64,000 nt of DNA, from assembly GCF_036321535.1 (NCBI RefSeq), contig NC_087436.1, forward strand, positions 94,056,001-94,120,000, in the 5' to 3' direction. The DNA comes from Camelus dromedarius (Eukaryota). Of this stretch, positions 39,171 to 52,070 are shown piece after piece (position 1 is the first letter of the stretch; each line of letters starts with the position of its first letter). The position numbers and the translations under genes are program-made. Under the pieces are notes generated by a model. It did not search any database. It was not told the origin of the DNA and saw nothing but the letters and a program-made list of their open reading frames with translations.

Positions 39171-40289
39171 GGTATTTTTTCATACTTGAGAGAGCTACTA
39201 TTATTTATTATGCCCATTTTACAGATAAAAGGCCAAGAGGTAGAGGGAGGTTCGACACCTTCCCCAAGATCACATGGGTGGTAAGTAAAAGAATCTGAAT
39301 TTGAACCTGAATTATCTAACTCCGGGGTTGGGGAGGGGGCGGGAAAGGATAATTATAATTCACCCATTTTGTAAGGACTTAAAGTCATTTTCTTTCATCT
39401 AGAAGTTACACTGATCTAACAGAATCACTTTGACCATAAAGGTCATCAAAAAGAGATTAAAAATCAGCACACATAGCAGAACATGGGGTACAAGACCTTC
39501 TGAGGTCCCCAGGCCGTGTAGGATTACCTCTCCACATTCTTTTTTTGCTGGTGGCGTCCAAATCTCTTGCATGTTAACGTCCTACTGTCAAACTTCACTC
39601 TCACTGAGGGAAGGAATGAACTAATTCACACTAAGGTGAGTTACGTGTTTTCACTAAGGGCAGATCCCTTGTTCAATAAACTGTGGACCAAAGCTCTAAT
39701 TTTGAAATTTAAGGTCACACCCAGTCAAAGAAAGAGAACAGCTTCAAGGGTCAGGAGGTCCTCTACCTGCCCATGACCTTGTACCACAAAAACAGCCCAG
39801 TCTAGGGAGCTCTGCCAAGGAATTCTGAGTTGCTAGGGGCCAAATAAATAGACCCCTGGAGAGTTCACTGAATGATGTTAAGAAGCAGCATCCAAGATGG
39901 GAAACAAACAGTAAAATCCCAGAAAGACACTTCAGTCAGAGAACTTTCTTGATTCTAAAACACCACTTGTGTTATTAGCTTATTTTTGAATTGCATCTCA
40001 TTGTCCACAGAAGGCTTTCCTCAGCCCTATCTAGGTCACCTGAGCTCACAACAGTCCGTAAGACAGTTACAGAAGACGTCTTCTTCCTCTGCTCCTCCTC
40101 ATTCATTCGTTTGTTCATTCAACAAATGTTTTCTTTTTTTGAGCATCTACTGTGTGCCAGGCTTTGTGGTGGGGTCCAAAGATACAATGGTGAGCCTTAT
40201 CTCCATTTTATCAAGGAAGCAATCGAGGCTTAAAGAGGATAAATGACTTACCCAAGATCACACTGATACTCTAAATTAAATAACATAGT

Positions 40290-40505
40290 GTGACATTTTA
40301 CCCTTTGCCAAAGACTGTAAATGCAGGACCTCATTAAATCCTCCCAGTCACTCAATGAGGCAGTTACTATTATTTTAACTTCCATTTTATAAATGAAGAA
40401 GCTGAGGGTCCGAGAGAGGTTATCTGACTGCCGAGCTCTTACAGCTGTGGAGGCGGAAGAGCCAGCATTCACCCTCTTGGCCTGACTCCAGAAGTGAGCG
40501 CTTAA
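40290..40505 (-). mobile_element. MIR SINE
   Basis: ccattttataaatgaagaagctgagg...agagaggtta. Confidence 0.7.
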
Positions 40506-41268
40506 ATATGACCTTATAGATTCAACCGCTGATGGTACCACTGGCCCGTCTGGGACCTAAATAGAACTCATGACAGCTTTGACTCTGACACAAATAATGG
40601 AAGAAGAGCTCTGTGGTTCTGTGGGAGTCTGTAAGATGACTTGGGGGGCTCGGCAGAAACCCTGCTTCTTGGGTTAAAGAGATTTCTGCACATCTCTTAC
40701 AGGATAGTCTTTTCACCCAGATGTTAAATATGTCCATTCAAATAGAACTAGAAATAAAGCCCTTGGAATTTGAAGTTTTTAAAAACGTGCCACAATAGCT
40801 TGACACCTTGATTTAAACACTGTGCCCTGAATAGAGATGGATACCCCAGAGATGGAAGGGAGGTTCACCACTGAAGGCTTTGCTTCCGCTTTTCAGCATG
40901 CTCCCCGTAGTATCCTGTTTCTGTACCACCGTTTCCGCCAAAGTTAGCCCCACCGGGGGACAGTCACTTGAGGAGTGCCTGGCCCCTTGCATTTTGAGGA
41001 TCCAGAGAGTAGAGACAGTACCCCTACTCCCTCCTGGAGCACCAGCAGCATCTAGGACCCCGTGGCAAACCAGCGCGTGGGTGCTGGCAGCCTCCGCAGG
41101 GGTCTCCCTGCCTCCCTTCCTGCTCCCCTTCCCTTTGTCCACCACATTATGGCCAGAGTGGTCTTCCTAAAATCAAATCTGAACGTCACTCACATCAAGT
41201 ACCTTCAGGGGCATCCCACTGCTGACAATGCAAAGTTCAGACACTATCTTAAAACACACCAGGTCCTT

Positions 41269-41405
41269 GCGGAAGGGTGTAGCTCAGTGGTAGATTGCAT
41301 GCCTAGCAGGCACAATGTCCTGGGTTCAATTCCCAGTACTTCTGTTTTAAAAATAAAAACAAATAAGGAAACCTAAAATCACCCCTTCTATAAAAAAACC
41401 CCAAA
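41269..41405 (+). mobile_element. tRNA-derived SINE (camelid Vic-1-like)
   Basis: A box tagctcagtgg, B box ggttcaattcc, A-rich tail; TSD acaccaggtcctt at 41256-41268 and 41406-41418. Confidence 0.88.
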
Positions 41406-41597
41406 ACACCAGGTCCTTTATACTCAGGCCCCTGTGCGTCGCTCTCACGTGATATCCTGCCGGTTGCACACAGGCAGAACTGATATTCAGGCAGTGTGCT
41501 CCACCGGGTCCCTGCGATGAACCAGAGCCAGTGCTGGTGCTAGTTACCGAAGATTTTGACTACGTTTCCTTCTCCTGGTTACCTTTCTCTCCAATTA

Positions 41598-41898
41598 CGG
41601 GCCGACCTCGTTTTATTATGCTTCGCAGGTGGTGAGTTTTTACAAATTGAAGGTTTATGGCGACCCAGGATTGAGCAAGTCTATCAGCACCATTTTCCCA
41701 ACAGCATTATTTTTAAATTAAGGTATGTAGACTGTTTTTTAGACTTAATGCTACTGCAGACTTAATAGACTACAGTATAGTATAAACATAACTCTTATGT
41801 GCATTGTAAAACAACACGTATGTGACTCATTTTATGGCGATATCTGCTTTCCAGTGGCAGTCTGGAACTGAACCCATGATGTCTCTGAGGTGTGCCTG
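41598..41898 (+). mobile_element. Tigger1-derived internally deleted element
   Basis: Ends cgggccgacctcgttttatt and gaggtgtgcctg resemble Tigger1 TIRs; flanks TA and CA. Confidence 0.75.
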
Positions 41899-41959
41899 CA
41901 TTCCAAACTATCTGCAGTTTCTTCAGGAAGTTTCCTTCCCTCTAGTAGGATCCACCCAA

Positions 41960-42340
41960 CAAACTTCCACTCATTCATCTATTGAGCACCTACGATATAC
42001 TAAGCATTGTGTTAGGCATTCAGGGTAGAGACTCCAGTCCCAGAAAATGTTGGTCTAAGTGAAAAAACAGAACAGTTAGGAGGTAATTATAAATTAGCGA
42101 GAGAAGTGTTAGGACAGAGATAAATTCCAGTGCTTGGAGAGGACAGAGGAGGGGCACTTAACCCAGGCTCAGGGTTATGGAGCTTTTCCTGGAGAGGGGA
42201 GATCAATGCTGGGTTCTGAAGACTGAGAAGAGGTGGAAGTAATCCTGACAAAGGGAGCGATGGTTCTGTAAATGGCACAAAAGAAGTAAAGCCTAAAATG
42301 AGAGATGAGGCTAGTGATCTGAAGGTGAGGAAAGAGGCAG

Positions 42341-42372
<32 letters not shown>

Positions 42373-42760
42373 TGAAGGGTATGCATGCAGTACAGAATTG
42401 GCCATTCAGGTGTGAGCTTCCATCCTGACCACAGTGGGGAGCCTGTAATTGATTTTCATCAGGGGAGTGACTAGATCAGAATCACATGTTAGAGACAATG
42501 TTCCATCCAGAGCGTGGAGAATAGGCTGGAAGGGAAGGATGAAAGGAAGGGAGGCCAGTTAGGAGGCTGTTGCCGGAAACAGAGGAGAGATGATAGTGGG
42601 CTGGATGAAGGCACTAACAAAAGGGTTAGAGATGGAATGGACTCAAGGGGTGTTAAATAAAGTCAATAAATGCTGCTGACTAGTTAGTGATGGGGCAGAG
42701 GGAAATGACTAACTCCCAGTATCTGCCCTGGGTAACTGGGTGGATAGTGATGCAGTTTCA
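41960..42760 (-). mobile_element. L2 fragment with embedded (TG)n
   Basis: tcattcatctattgagcacctac...ggccagttaggaggctgttgc...gagagatgatagtgg. Confidence 0.7.
42342..42371. repeat. Perfect (TG)n microsatellite, 15 units
   Basis: Directly visible. Confidence 0.9.
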
Positions 42761-43554
42761 GAGCACTAGCATCATATAGCACTGTCCTGGGCACTTTCTG
42801 TGAACTGACCCACTTAATCCTCTTAACAACTCCATGAGATGCTATCATTTTTATCCCCATTTAACAGACAAGGAACCTGAGGCACAGAGAGGTTGGGTAA
42901 GTCTCCCCTCTCCAGGAAAAGCTCCACAGCGCCATTTTGAAGGAAAAGGAGCTAGAGGGGAGAAAGCGCTCTGGCAGAGAGGTGAACTTTAAATTGATTG
43001 AATATTTGCTTAAAAGAGTTTTTAAGCAAAAAGAGATTACTGTACACCAAAAGAGCCTGAGATCCCTTTAACTGCAAGACCAAGAACTGCTGCTGTACCG
43101 GCTACCCAGGAAAACAATGTTACAAACTGTGATATAAAACAAAGAAAACTATTTTCTACATCTGAGTGCATATTACTAATGAGGAAGATGCCACCCCTTC
43201 TCCTGACGCTTCCTTTTATGTGTAGTAAGTTCAGTAAACAATACACCTGGCCTCTCTCTGCTCCTGGTTTCTTTTCACTCCTGGAGAGGTAGCTTCATAC
43301 TTGATTGATAAATTTGGGGATAACTGGGCATTTGCGGCTACCCAATTTCCTCTTCCTCACAGGTGGGAGCCTAACAGTAGACAAGTTTCCCTCTGTTCTT
43401 CCCTCTTCTAAATCCTCCCAGACACAGTGCTGCCTTGACCTCATGCAGTAAGTCTGCCTAATTTGAGGGCTCAATTAGCAAATCCACATGGACTTCATGT
43501 CAAGTTTTCCAACATCCTCCAACACTAATAAACATGATGCTTTTACCTCCATTT

Positions 43555-45600
43555 TTAAGTTGATGGTAAAATTAACATAATATTCACCATTTTATTTTGA
43601 AGTATACTATTCCATGGCTTTTATTGCCTTCACAGTGTTGTGTAACTGTCACCACTATATAATTTCAGAGCATCATTTTCATCATCACCGCTGCCACTGC
43701 AAAAAAAACCACAAAAAAACCTTACCCATTTTGCACTCTCCATCTTCTCACTCCAGTGCCTGGCAACCATTGATCTGCCTCCTATCTCTATGGACTTGCC
43801 TATTCTAGACATTTCCTATAAATGTAATCACATAACACGTGGACATTTATGACTGGCTTTTTTTCTCTTAGCTTATTTTCAAAATTCATTGATGTTATTG
43901 CACATATCAGTACTTCGTTTCTTTTTAATGTCATTGTATGAACATACCACATTTTATCTACCCATTAAACAGTGGATGGACACTTGTGTTGTTTTTACTT
44001 TTGCAGTATTTTGAGTAATGCTGCTAGGAATATTCATATGCAAGTTTTTGTTTCAACACCTGTTTTTATTTCTTTTGGGTATGTTCCTACCTAGGAGAGC
44101 AATGGCTGGGTCATATGGTAATTCTATGTTCAACTTTTGAGGAACTGCCAAACTGTTTTGCACAGCAGCGACACCATTTTACATTCCCACCAGCAACATA
44201 TGAGTGTTCCAATTTCTCCATATTCTTGCCATTCTTGTGGGTTTTTTTTTCCTTTTTTCTCTTTCTTTTTTTCTCCCTCCCCTCCTCTCTTTCTTTTCTT
44301 TCATTCTCTCTTTCTTGTTATAGACATCTTAGTGGGTGTAAAGGGGTATCTCATTGTGGTTTTGATTTGCGTTTCCCTATTGACTAATGATGTTAAGAAT
44401 GTTTTTATGTGCTTATTGGCCATTTATATGTATTCTTTGGGAAAATATCTATTCAAGACTTTGCCCATTTTTAATTGATTTGCCTTTTGTTGTTAAGTTG
44501 TAAAAGTTCTTTACATATCCTGGATACCAAACCCATGTCAGATACATGATTTGCAAATATTTACTCCCATTACAGGGTTGCCTTTTCAGATTCTTTTGTT
44601 TATTTGTTTGTTTTGTTTGTTTTTATTGAAGTACTATCAGTTACAGTGTGTCCATTTCTGGTTTACAGAATTGTCCCAGTTATGCATATACAGGCATATA
44701 TTCGTTTTCATATTCTTCAAATTCTTGATAGTGTCCTTTGATGACAAAAGTTTTTAATTTTGATGAAGTCAAATTTATCTGGGTGTTTTTTGTTGTTGTT
44801 GTTGCTTATGCTTTTGGTGTCTTATCTAAGATTATCCATTGCCGAATCCAAAGTCATGAAGATTTTCCCCTATTTTTTTTCCTAAGGGTTTTCCAGTTTG
44901 GTTCTTACATTTAAGTCTTTGATCCATTTTGAGTTAATTTTTGCCTATGGTGTGATGGAGGGGGACAGCTTCATTCTTTGGATATTTTGCTGTACAAACA
45001 CAATTTGTTGCAAAAACTATTCTTTCCCTATTGAATTATCTTGGCTCTCTTGTCAAAAACCAATTCACTGTAGACGTGTGGGTTTGTTTCTAAACTCTCA
45101 GTTCTAGTCCATTGATCTACATCTATCCCTATGTCAGTACCACACTGTCTTGATTACCTTAGTCTTGTAGTAAGTTTTGAAATTGGAAAGAGTGAGTATT
45201 TCAGCTTTGTTCTTTTTTTTCAAGATCGTTTTGACTGTTTGGAGTCCCTTGCAATTTCATATGAATTTTAAGGTCAGCTTTTCCATTTCTGCAAAAAAAA
45301 AAAAAGGTTTTAGGATTTTGGTAAGAATTGCACTGGATCTGTAGGTCACTTTGCGGATCTTAACAAAATTGCCATTTTAACAAAATTAAGTCTCCCAATT
45401 CATGATCACAGGGTGTCCTTCCATTTATTTAGATCTTCTTTATTTCAGCAATGTTTTATTGTTTTCAGTGTACAAGTCTTAGTTAAACTTAGTCCTCATT
45501 AGTTCATTCTTTTTGATGCTATTGTAAATGGAATTATTTCCTTTTTGGATTATTCGTGGCTAGTTTGTTGAAATACATTTAGTTTCTGTATGTTGTTGGA
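43555..45600 (-). mobile_element. Old L1MB-like fragment (~2 kb)
   Basis: Continuous antisense L1 3' UTR/ORF2 motifs (gaggaactgccaaactgtttt, catttaagtctttgatccattttgagttaattttt). Confidence 0.88.
44596..44715 (-). mobile_element. Short younger L1 3' end nested in the old L1
   Basis: (TTTG)n tail + ttattgaagtac...; TSD ttcagattctt (44585-44595) / ttcaaattctt (44716-44726). Confidence 0.75.
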
Positions 45601-45607
45601 ATCCAGT

Positions 45608-45765
45608 TCTTATTGAAGTATAGTTGATTTACAATATTACATTCGTTTCAGGTGTACAGCATAGTGATTCAGTCCTCTTTACAGTTACACTCCATGAAAA
45701 GTTATTACAAGATAATGGCTGTAGTTCCCCACGCTATACAATATATATCTTTGTTGCCTATTTTT
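45608..45765 (-). mobile_element. Short L1 3' end
   Basis: ttattgaagtatagttgatttacaatatt...gtttcaggtgtacagcatagtgattcag. Confidence 0.8.
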
Positions 45766-46274
45766 AGTATCCATTTTAACTCCATGTTTTATTTCTTAGT
45801 TTATTTATGACAAGGAAGGGAAAAAGAGATTCTGTTTATTCCCTTTCGGAAACCAACACTCATTACACATCCATCTGGTAGCTGAGGACAGTGAAGATCA
45901 GACAGAAAGAGTGTGCACACTGACAAAGAAAGGTCAAGAATGGGACTTTGGTGACTACCAGTGACGGGGGGCAGTTAGGAGAAGAGTCACCCATATAGGG
46001 GTCTGAGAAGCCATGATCAGAGAACTGGGAGAACAATTACGTGTTTCATTATTTACTGCTTTGTAATAGGTAAAAGTCCAGCACAAAGCTTAAAAGCTTG
46101 AAATAACAACTAGTTCAGCTTTGCTCTCCCCTATTTCAGGTACCTGCTTCTGCCTGGTATTTGACAAAATAGCTTTGCTTAATATAAAATAAGTCTGGAG
46201 ACCTCTAAGTTAGATTCTATGTTCTTTTAGCCCCAAGGTTTGTTGTCTGGGATGAGGAGGTAATGAGCTAGGGC

Positions 46275-46660
46275 AGTGGCTTGCTAGTAAGTGTTTAACA
46301 ACCGGCTCTCCAGAAAGCCCAAGCCCTGATTTGGAGCCTTTGCAGATTTCCATGGTGTAAACAGTCCCACCACAGCTAATTTCAAGACACCGAGGTGCTC
46401 TCACAGAACACAGAGGTGGGAAGAGGGTGCGATAGTCCAGCACTATTCAGCATTCCCACCGTGCACATGAAATAGGCGTAAATAACCTTAACAGCAAAGA
46501 TAGTAATGGCAAGTTTTGCATATTTATTGCCTTTGTTTTTTAATAAAATTTATTTTCTTATAAGTTTATAAAATTTGTTTTTTAATAACAGCTATGTTTA
46601 ACAGGTGGCTCATAAAATCCCTGAAAATTAAATAGTCAACTCTCACAAGTCAGCTTCAGC
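46275..46660. mobile_element. Arthur1-like hAT-Tip100 element
   Basis: cagtggcttgctagtaagtgtttaacaaccggctctcc start and internal tgtttaacaggtggctc repeat. Confidence 0.6.
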
Positions 46661-47889
46661 CTGGGCTGCAGGGACACTGAGCTAAGGGACCCATGTCTTT
46701 GCAGAAACACAAGAGCAAGGGCCATGAGGTCAGACAGATCTTGCTCAGACTTTCTCCTTAAGAGAATCTGGGCAAGTCACTAAATCTCAGTTTCTTCACT
46801 AATGAAATAGGATGATAATATTTATCTCTCCAGGTTGTTATAAAGACTCAAGTTAAATACATAGAATCTGAGCCATAAGACGTATTCAAAAATCCTAGTT
46901 TAATATTATTTTCCATAGCTTTAAGCATAACTTCTTTTTTTACACATGAAAAAACAATTGAGATTTACCTGGGGTACGATTGGGAGTTACCAAGTCCCAC
47001 GTCAGGTATAGCCTTTGTGTGAGGACACAGATGCAAATAAGTTTCACTTATTATACACTTCGCATGGGCAGAGACTTGGAAATCTCACCCCCGGAAGTTT
47101 GGGCGGAGGGGAAGCTGAGAACAGGCTCATGGCAACCCTAGGAATTGGCGAATCAGACTGTGATAGCGTGTCCTGGTCTTCCTGGCTCCACAGACTGCTC
47201 AGAAACTTGACAGATCTCTTTACATTTCAAACGTGTTACCTAAAGGGAGGGAGGGTTTGCCCTGAGCACATCTCAGGGGTCAGCTTATCAGTCAGCCTGG
47301 GGCTGCCAAGAGCAGGAGAGATGTCACATGCGGAGGTATGTTGTTGTGCAGGAGAGGGGTGGAGGACTGGGGCAAAGTTCCTGACCTGGAGTAGGGCTTG
47401 CAGGGGGCTGTTGAGACATGAAGGAAGGAAAAGATAAGAGGTTGCAGTGAGAGGGAAGGGCCAAGAAGAAGCACAAAACCAGTCCTGCTCCCCACCCCCC
47501 AACCCCCCAGACCTGCCTGGAGACCGATTTCACACCACCCTGTGAGAAAGCTAACATCCTCTTTGCTCTTCTGTATTCTCAACTGCAAATGCCAGGGATA
47601 CACTTAATCAGGAAGTAAATGCACAGTGGCTGGCACTTGATCTACCTTCAGCTCATTTGTCAACATTTCGCAGCCTCTTTGGAGAGGCCTTTGGAAAGAT
47701 GAGCTCAGGGGTATAATCCTTTCACCCTGGGGAGGCCAGGTATTTTTCTGCAGCCTGCTACACTGGTCACTTACAAAACAGCAGTTTGCAACCTGATCAA
47801 GTTTTAGGTATGGAAAATCCAGTGTCCTGACCGCCCTACCAAAACAAAGTTTTACACCAGAGTCACAGCCAACAGGGTGCTGGAAACCT

Positions 47890-48200
47890 GACTTTGTACT
47901 CAGCTGGGGGTGCCTGGGCAAATCGCCTGTCTTCTCTAGGCTTCCATATCCTTTCCGTAAATCTGAAATAATAGTACCTACCTGGTAAGCTTGTTGTCGG
48001 GAGACATAAAGCAAATAATATGCTTTATATTATGGTAGCTAATGTAGTAAGTGCTCAATAAATTGGAGCAGCTGGTGTTACTACTACTGCCTGTGTGACC
48101 TTGGGTAAGCTACTTCATTTTTCTGGCTCTTAGTTTCCTCATTTGTATCTTGTGGGCCAGATGACCTCAGAGGTATCTCTGGTTCCAGCATTCTTTTATT
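47890..48200 (+). mobile_element. Two adjacent MIR-family SINEs
   Basis: aataatagtacctacct...aagtgctcaataaa and tgtgtgaccttgggtaag...agtttcctcatttgta. Confidence 0.7.
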
Positions 48201-48226
48201 CCCCGACAAACAAGATTCTTTGCCTT

Positions 48227-48315
48227 GGGCAGAGGGTATAAGTCAGTGGTAGAGTGCATGCTTAGCATGCACGAGGTCCTGGGTTCAAACCCCAGTGCCT
48301 CCATTAAAAAAAAAG
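48227..48315 (+). mobile_element. Short tRNA-Ala-like SINE (camelid Vic-1-like)
   Basis: gagggtataagtcagtggtagagtgcatgcttagcatgcacgaggtcctgggttcaaacccc + A tail; TSD ttctttgcctt at 48216-48226 and 48316-48326. Confidence 0.9.
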
Positions 48316-49779
48316 TTCTTTGCCTTAGCTCTGGCCCTGACTATCTAAAGCAAAAGATTAGACCATTTGGTGTTGCTGTTACAATGCTCAGATAGCAAAG
48401 ACCTTTGATAGCTGAGAAGGCTTGTTCACCCCTCCCCTTGAACAGAGTCCCAAGGCTCTGGGACAAGGAACAACCTGGGGTGTTTCCCTAACCACAGGTT
48501 TAGAAGAGGGGGCAGGGTGCTAGGCCTAGGACTTGGGTGTATTGAACACAATTGCCCTTGAAATGCTGCCTGGACAGGGGTAAGTGTGCTCTTGGGCTGA
48601 GGTCAAGACAGACATGTCCCCATTTGCTCAGGGACCCAGCATCTGGGATTCTACCCCCAAAATAGGTGATGGCAGAGTAGGGAAGATGGTTGTTCACTTT
48701 CAGAAAAAAAATTCCCCTCTGGATTCTGGTTGAATGAGGAAAAGTCTTTTTCTTCTGACTAGGCCCAGTGAATGATTATAAAAAAGTGAGTGAGCAAGAG
48801 AGAGAGAGAGAGAGAGATGGGTAGATGGTGTCAAAGTTTGTATCTCTGGGCTGGAGGGGACGGAGGGATAGGTTGAAGGCAGGGGGCACCCTGTTAATGC
48901 TCTTAGCCCTGCCTAATATTTTGAGTTGTCCTAATGTCCTTAACTTGGGCACATATCCGGACAAGGATTCAGTATTTTGGACACAGAGTGGAGGGAAAGG
49001 TTTCTTTTTCTCAGATCCGAATCCCTAGGGCAGGATGCTAAGGACTTCAGGCTGACTTATTCCCAGAATATCTAGGGTCAGCTCCATCCCCATAACAAAG
49101 AAAAGGAAAAAGTCAATGACTACGTACAGGGCATATTTTCTCAGAGCGTCATTTCTTTGGGGCCTCCCCTGATTTCCGTGACTGATTTCCAGATGTCAGT
49201 CAAGGAACTGGTTTCCAGCTGGTAGGAAGCATTGCTCATTAAGAATATTCACAAGACCCCAGGCCTCTGGACAACAAGTCACAGAGTTTCTGTCACCCTC
49301 CCAGCTGGATGCTTTCTGCTAAATGAGAAACTTCCTGAAGTTTTTCCCTAGACATCTTGTCCTGTGATATATTTTCAAGACTATGTTTCCATTTTTTATT
49401 CTGTCTCTCATTTTGTGCCACTAATTTCATGCCTCCCCACTAGTATGAAAGCAGCATCTGTCACAGAAAAATGGCTTGAGTGGGGAAGGGCCACCCTGAC
49501 CCAGCTGCCATCTTGTGTGCCTCTGTCGCTCTGTCTCCCACCTAAAGGATGAACGCAGTGAGGAACCTTCGAGATTACGTGTTCTCATTTAATACCAGCC
49601 TGCTGGCTGATGCATCACGCCATGGCCATACTTTTATGTGAAATAATGGCAATACATCTAGAAGATCCTCAGAACAGGAGCATCGACTTGCAGAATGTCC
49701 TGTGGCTTTAAAAATGGTGCCTGTAATAGTTCCGGGGGGGCCTCCCTTTAACCACGAAACACTTACTTGCACAAAGAAA

Positions 49780-50031
49780 GGATGGCCACCCTTTTGCTGT
49801 GTCCTCACGCGGTCTTTCTCCTGTGCGTCTGCATCCCCGGTGTCTCTTGGTGCGTCCAAATTTTGTCTTCTTATAAAGGCTCCAGTCAGATGGGATGAGG
49901 GGCCTCCTGGGTACTTCATATTAACTTAATCACCTCTTTAGAGACCCTCTCTCCAAATACGTTCACATTCTGAAGAACTGGGGGCTAGGGCTTCAGCGTA
50001 TGAATTTAGGGGTCACATTTCAGTCCATAAC
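49780..50031. mobile_element. MLT1 (ERVL-MaLR) LTR fragment
   Basis: ctgtgtcctcac...tcttcttataa...taacttaatcacctcttta...tctccaaatac...cacattctga...tatgaattt. Confidence 0.8.
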
Positions 50032-51869
50032 TGTGAGCGTTCCCGCTCTCTGTCGTTGCTCATGTTGAGGAGGAGGAGGAGGAGAAGAACATAGTCTAGA
50101 ACTCCAGAGGAATGTGAACATTTGGGAACTATCCAGAGCTTAGCAACGAGAACCAAGTCTAAAAAACTCAAATCACTGGGCCTGAAATAAAAAATGCTGA
50201 TTTTCCTTCATTGAAATGTAGAGTGGCTATCCCCACGATACACCTTGGATGTGCAGAGAAAATATTTTATTTATATTCTCATTGTACATTGTTGTTATTT
50301 GCTAAAGAGGAGAAATATAACTGAAGGCCCAATCCAGCTTAAACCTTAGTCTAAATAACCATTCAATCAGTCCCTTTAGGGGACCAAAAATGATGCTGGG
50401 AAGATGGCACCTTGGCTTTATGCAGGACCTTTGGTGGGTGCTCAGCCCTCACTACTGATGTCTGCAAATGGCGTAGCTCCTAGTCTAGGCTCCCCTCGCT
50501 TGCCCCCTGTCCCCTCACCTCACATCATCTCCTCCTGGAGCTGTGGACCCTGTGGAGCTCTGCCCCCACCTCCCTCCACCGTCCTGGTGTGGCGGGCATC
50601 AGGGCTGGCTCGCCGGCGCCCCCCCCCCCCCCCCCGTGGGAATAGAGGGAGGCGTGGGACTGTGGAGCAGGCCCGTTCTCCCCGCACGGCCTTCAGTACC
50701 ATGCTGGGCCGCCCGCCCCTGCCTCCTGTCCCAGGGCAGAGCCTGCCACCAGAGGTCTCTTCTCAGCCTGTCCAACCTGCCTTTCATCAGAGCACGTATC
50801 TCACCACTTTCCCTTCTAATTCAGCTTCTGTTCACGGCCTCATCTTCCCACGATGCCCCAGAACAAGAAGAGGCAGCAAGCTCGTTCATTTCCTCTGCTT
50901 TATAGCTTCCTGGCTCTAACCCAAATAGAACCTACAGACTCCTGGCTAAACCTAAATCATAAACAGAGCTATCTTCTCTGTCCTATGGGAGAAACTCTAA
51001 GATCTAGACCAACTGGGAGCTCAAATTATTTAGAAAGATCTTTTCCCTCACCCTAAGCCTAGCATTCAAGTTATTGTCTTGCTGTGAAATCCTATTTTCA
51101 GTGTCAGAAACTGAATACTAACTCTCTTTCTCTTTGAATTCCTTCGGGAACCATTCTAATCACTTTTCTAGATAAAAGGATTCTTAGAGTCAGTTGAGAG
51201 AAAGCAAAAAAGAAAAGCACATTAAGCCCCCCCCAGTTCTAACTCCCACAACAATAGTCTGTGGACTTCTTGTTGGGCAAGGGCAATTCCCCTAAAGAGC
51301 TTAATACCTTTTTTAAGGATGAGAAGGAAAAAGATGGAAAGAAATGAATATTTTGATGATAATAGCTAATTATCCCTGGTCGTGATGGGGTAAAACAGGG
51401 CAAATTTGATTTGGATGGAAATGGAGACTGTTTTGTGCAGTTTGAGAGAAGCTGAGCATGTATCCATACTTGGGAATTGGAGTTAAAAAAGGTCATTGTG
51501 CCAAAGATGAAGACATAAACTTCTGCAAACTTCTAGATCCCACTCCTGCTCTAACCCTGAGAAGGCCCAGAGATGGTGTCAGAGCCATCTTTTCTGGAGT
51601 CCGGGGTGTGTGTGTGCAATGGGTCCACCCCTAGCATGGTGGCCTCTGTGACAGCAGGAACATTAAAGGGCCAAGAAGTCCTGTTCCACAGAGAGTCTGT
51701 GAAATCCTTCCCAGCAAAGCAGCTGAAGCTCAGGGAATTTCAGAAGACGTGGAATCTTCCAGACAGAAGAAAATCAGAAAGGCCGCAGGGATTCCTCCAC
51801 CCCTGGAGGTGGGAAAGCTGGGAGCACTCTGGGGAGAGTGAACCAAGCCGACCAGAGTGCCTGCTTGCT

Positions 51870-52070
51870 GACTCTGTGGGGCCTGGTAGACAGTGCTCCT
51901 GAGAAAGAGGTCATATGGCTCCTCTAAGCCTCAGTTTCCTCAAGTGGAGCAACAGAGTATCGGGGCCTACCGCCTGTGTTTACTGAGAGGGTTACGGGGG
52001 ATAACAGAGATGCAGCGCCTAGCACAGGGCCTGGAACAGAGTGAGCTGTCAGCACATGGTGGCTGTTTTT
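51870..52070 (+). mobile_element. MIR SINE
   Basis: ctctaagcctcagtttcctca...gcctagcacagggcctggaacagagtgag. Confidence 0.7.

Noticed and set aside
48227..48302. Possible functional tRNA-Ala genes (also 41269, 60948, 29650)
   Set aside because: Degenerate stems, A tails and TSDs (where visible) mark them as SINE copies
50404..50919. 171-aa Pro-rich ORF
   Set aside because: Low complexity driven by the GC patch and C run; no recognisable homology or splice structure
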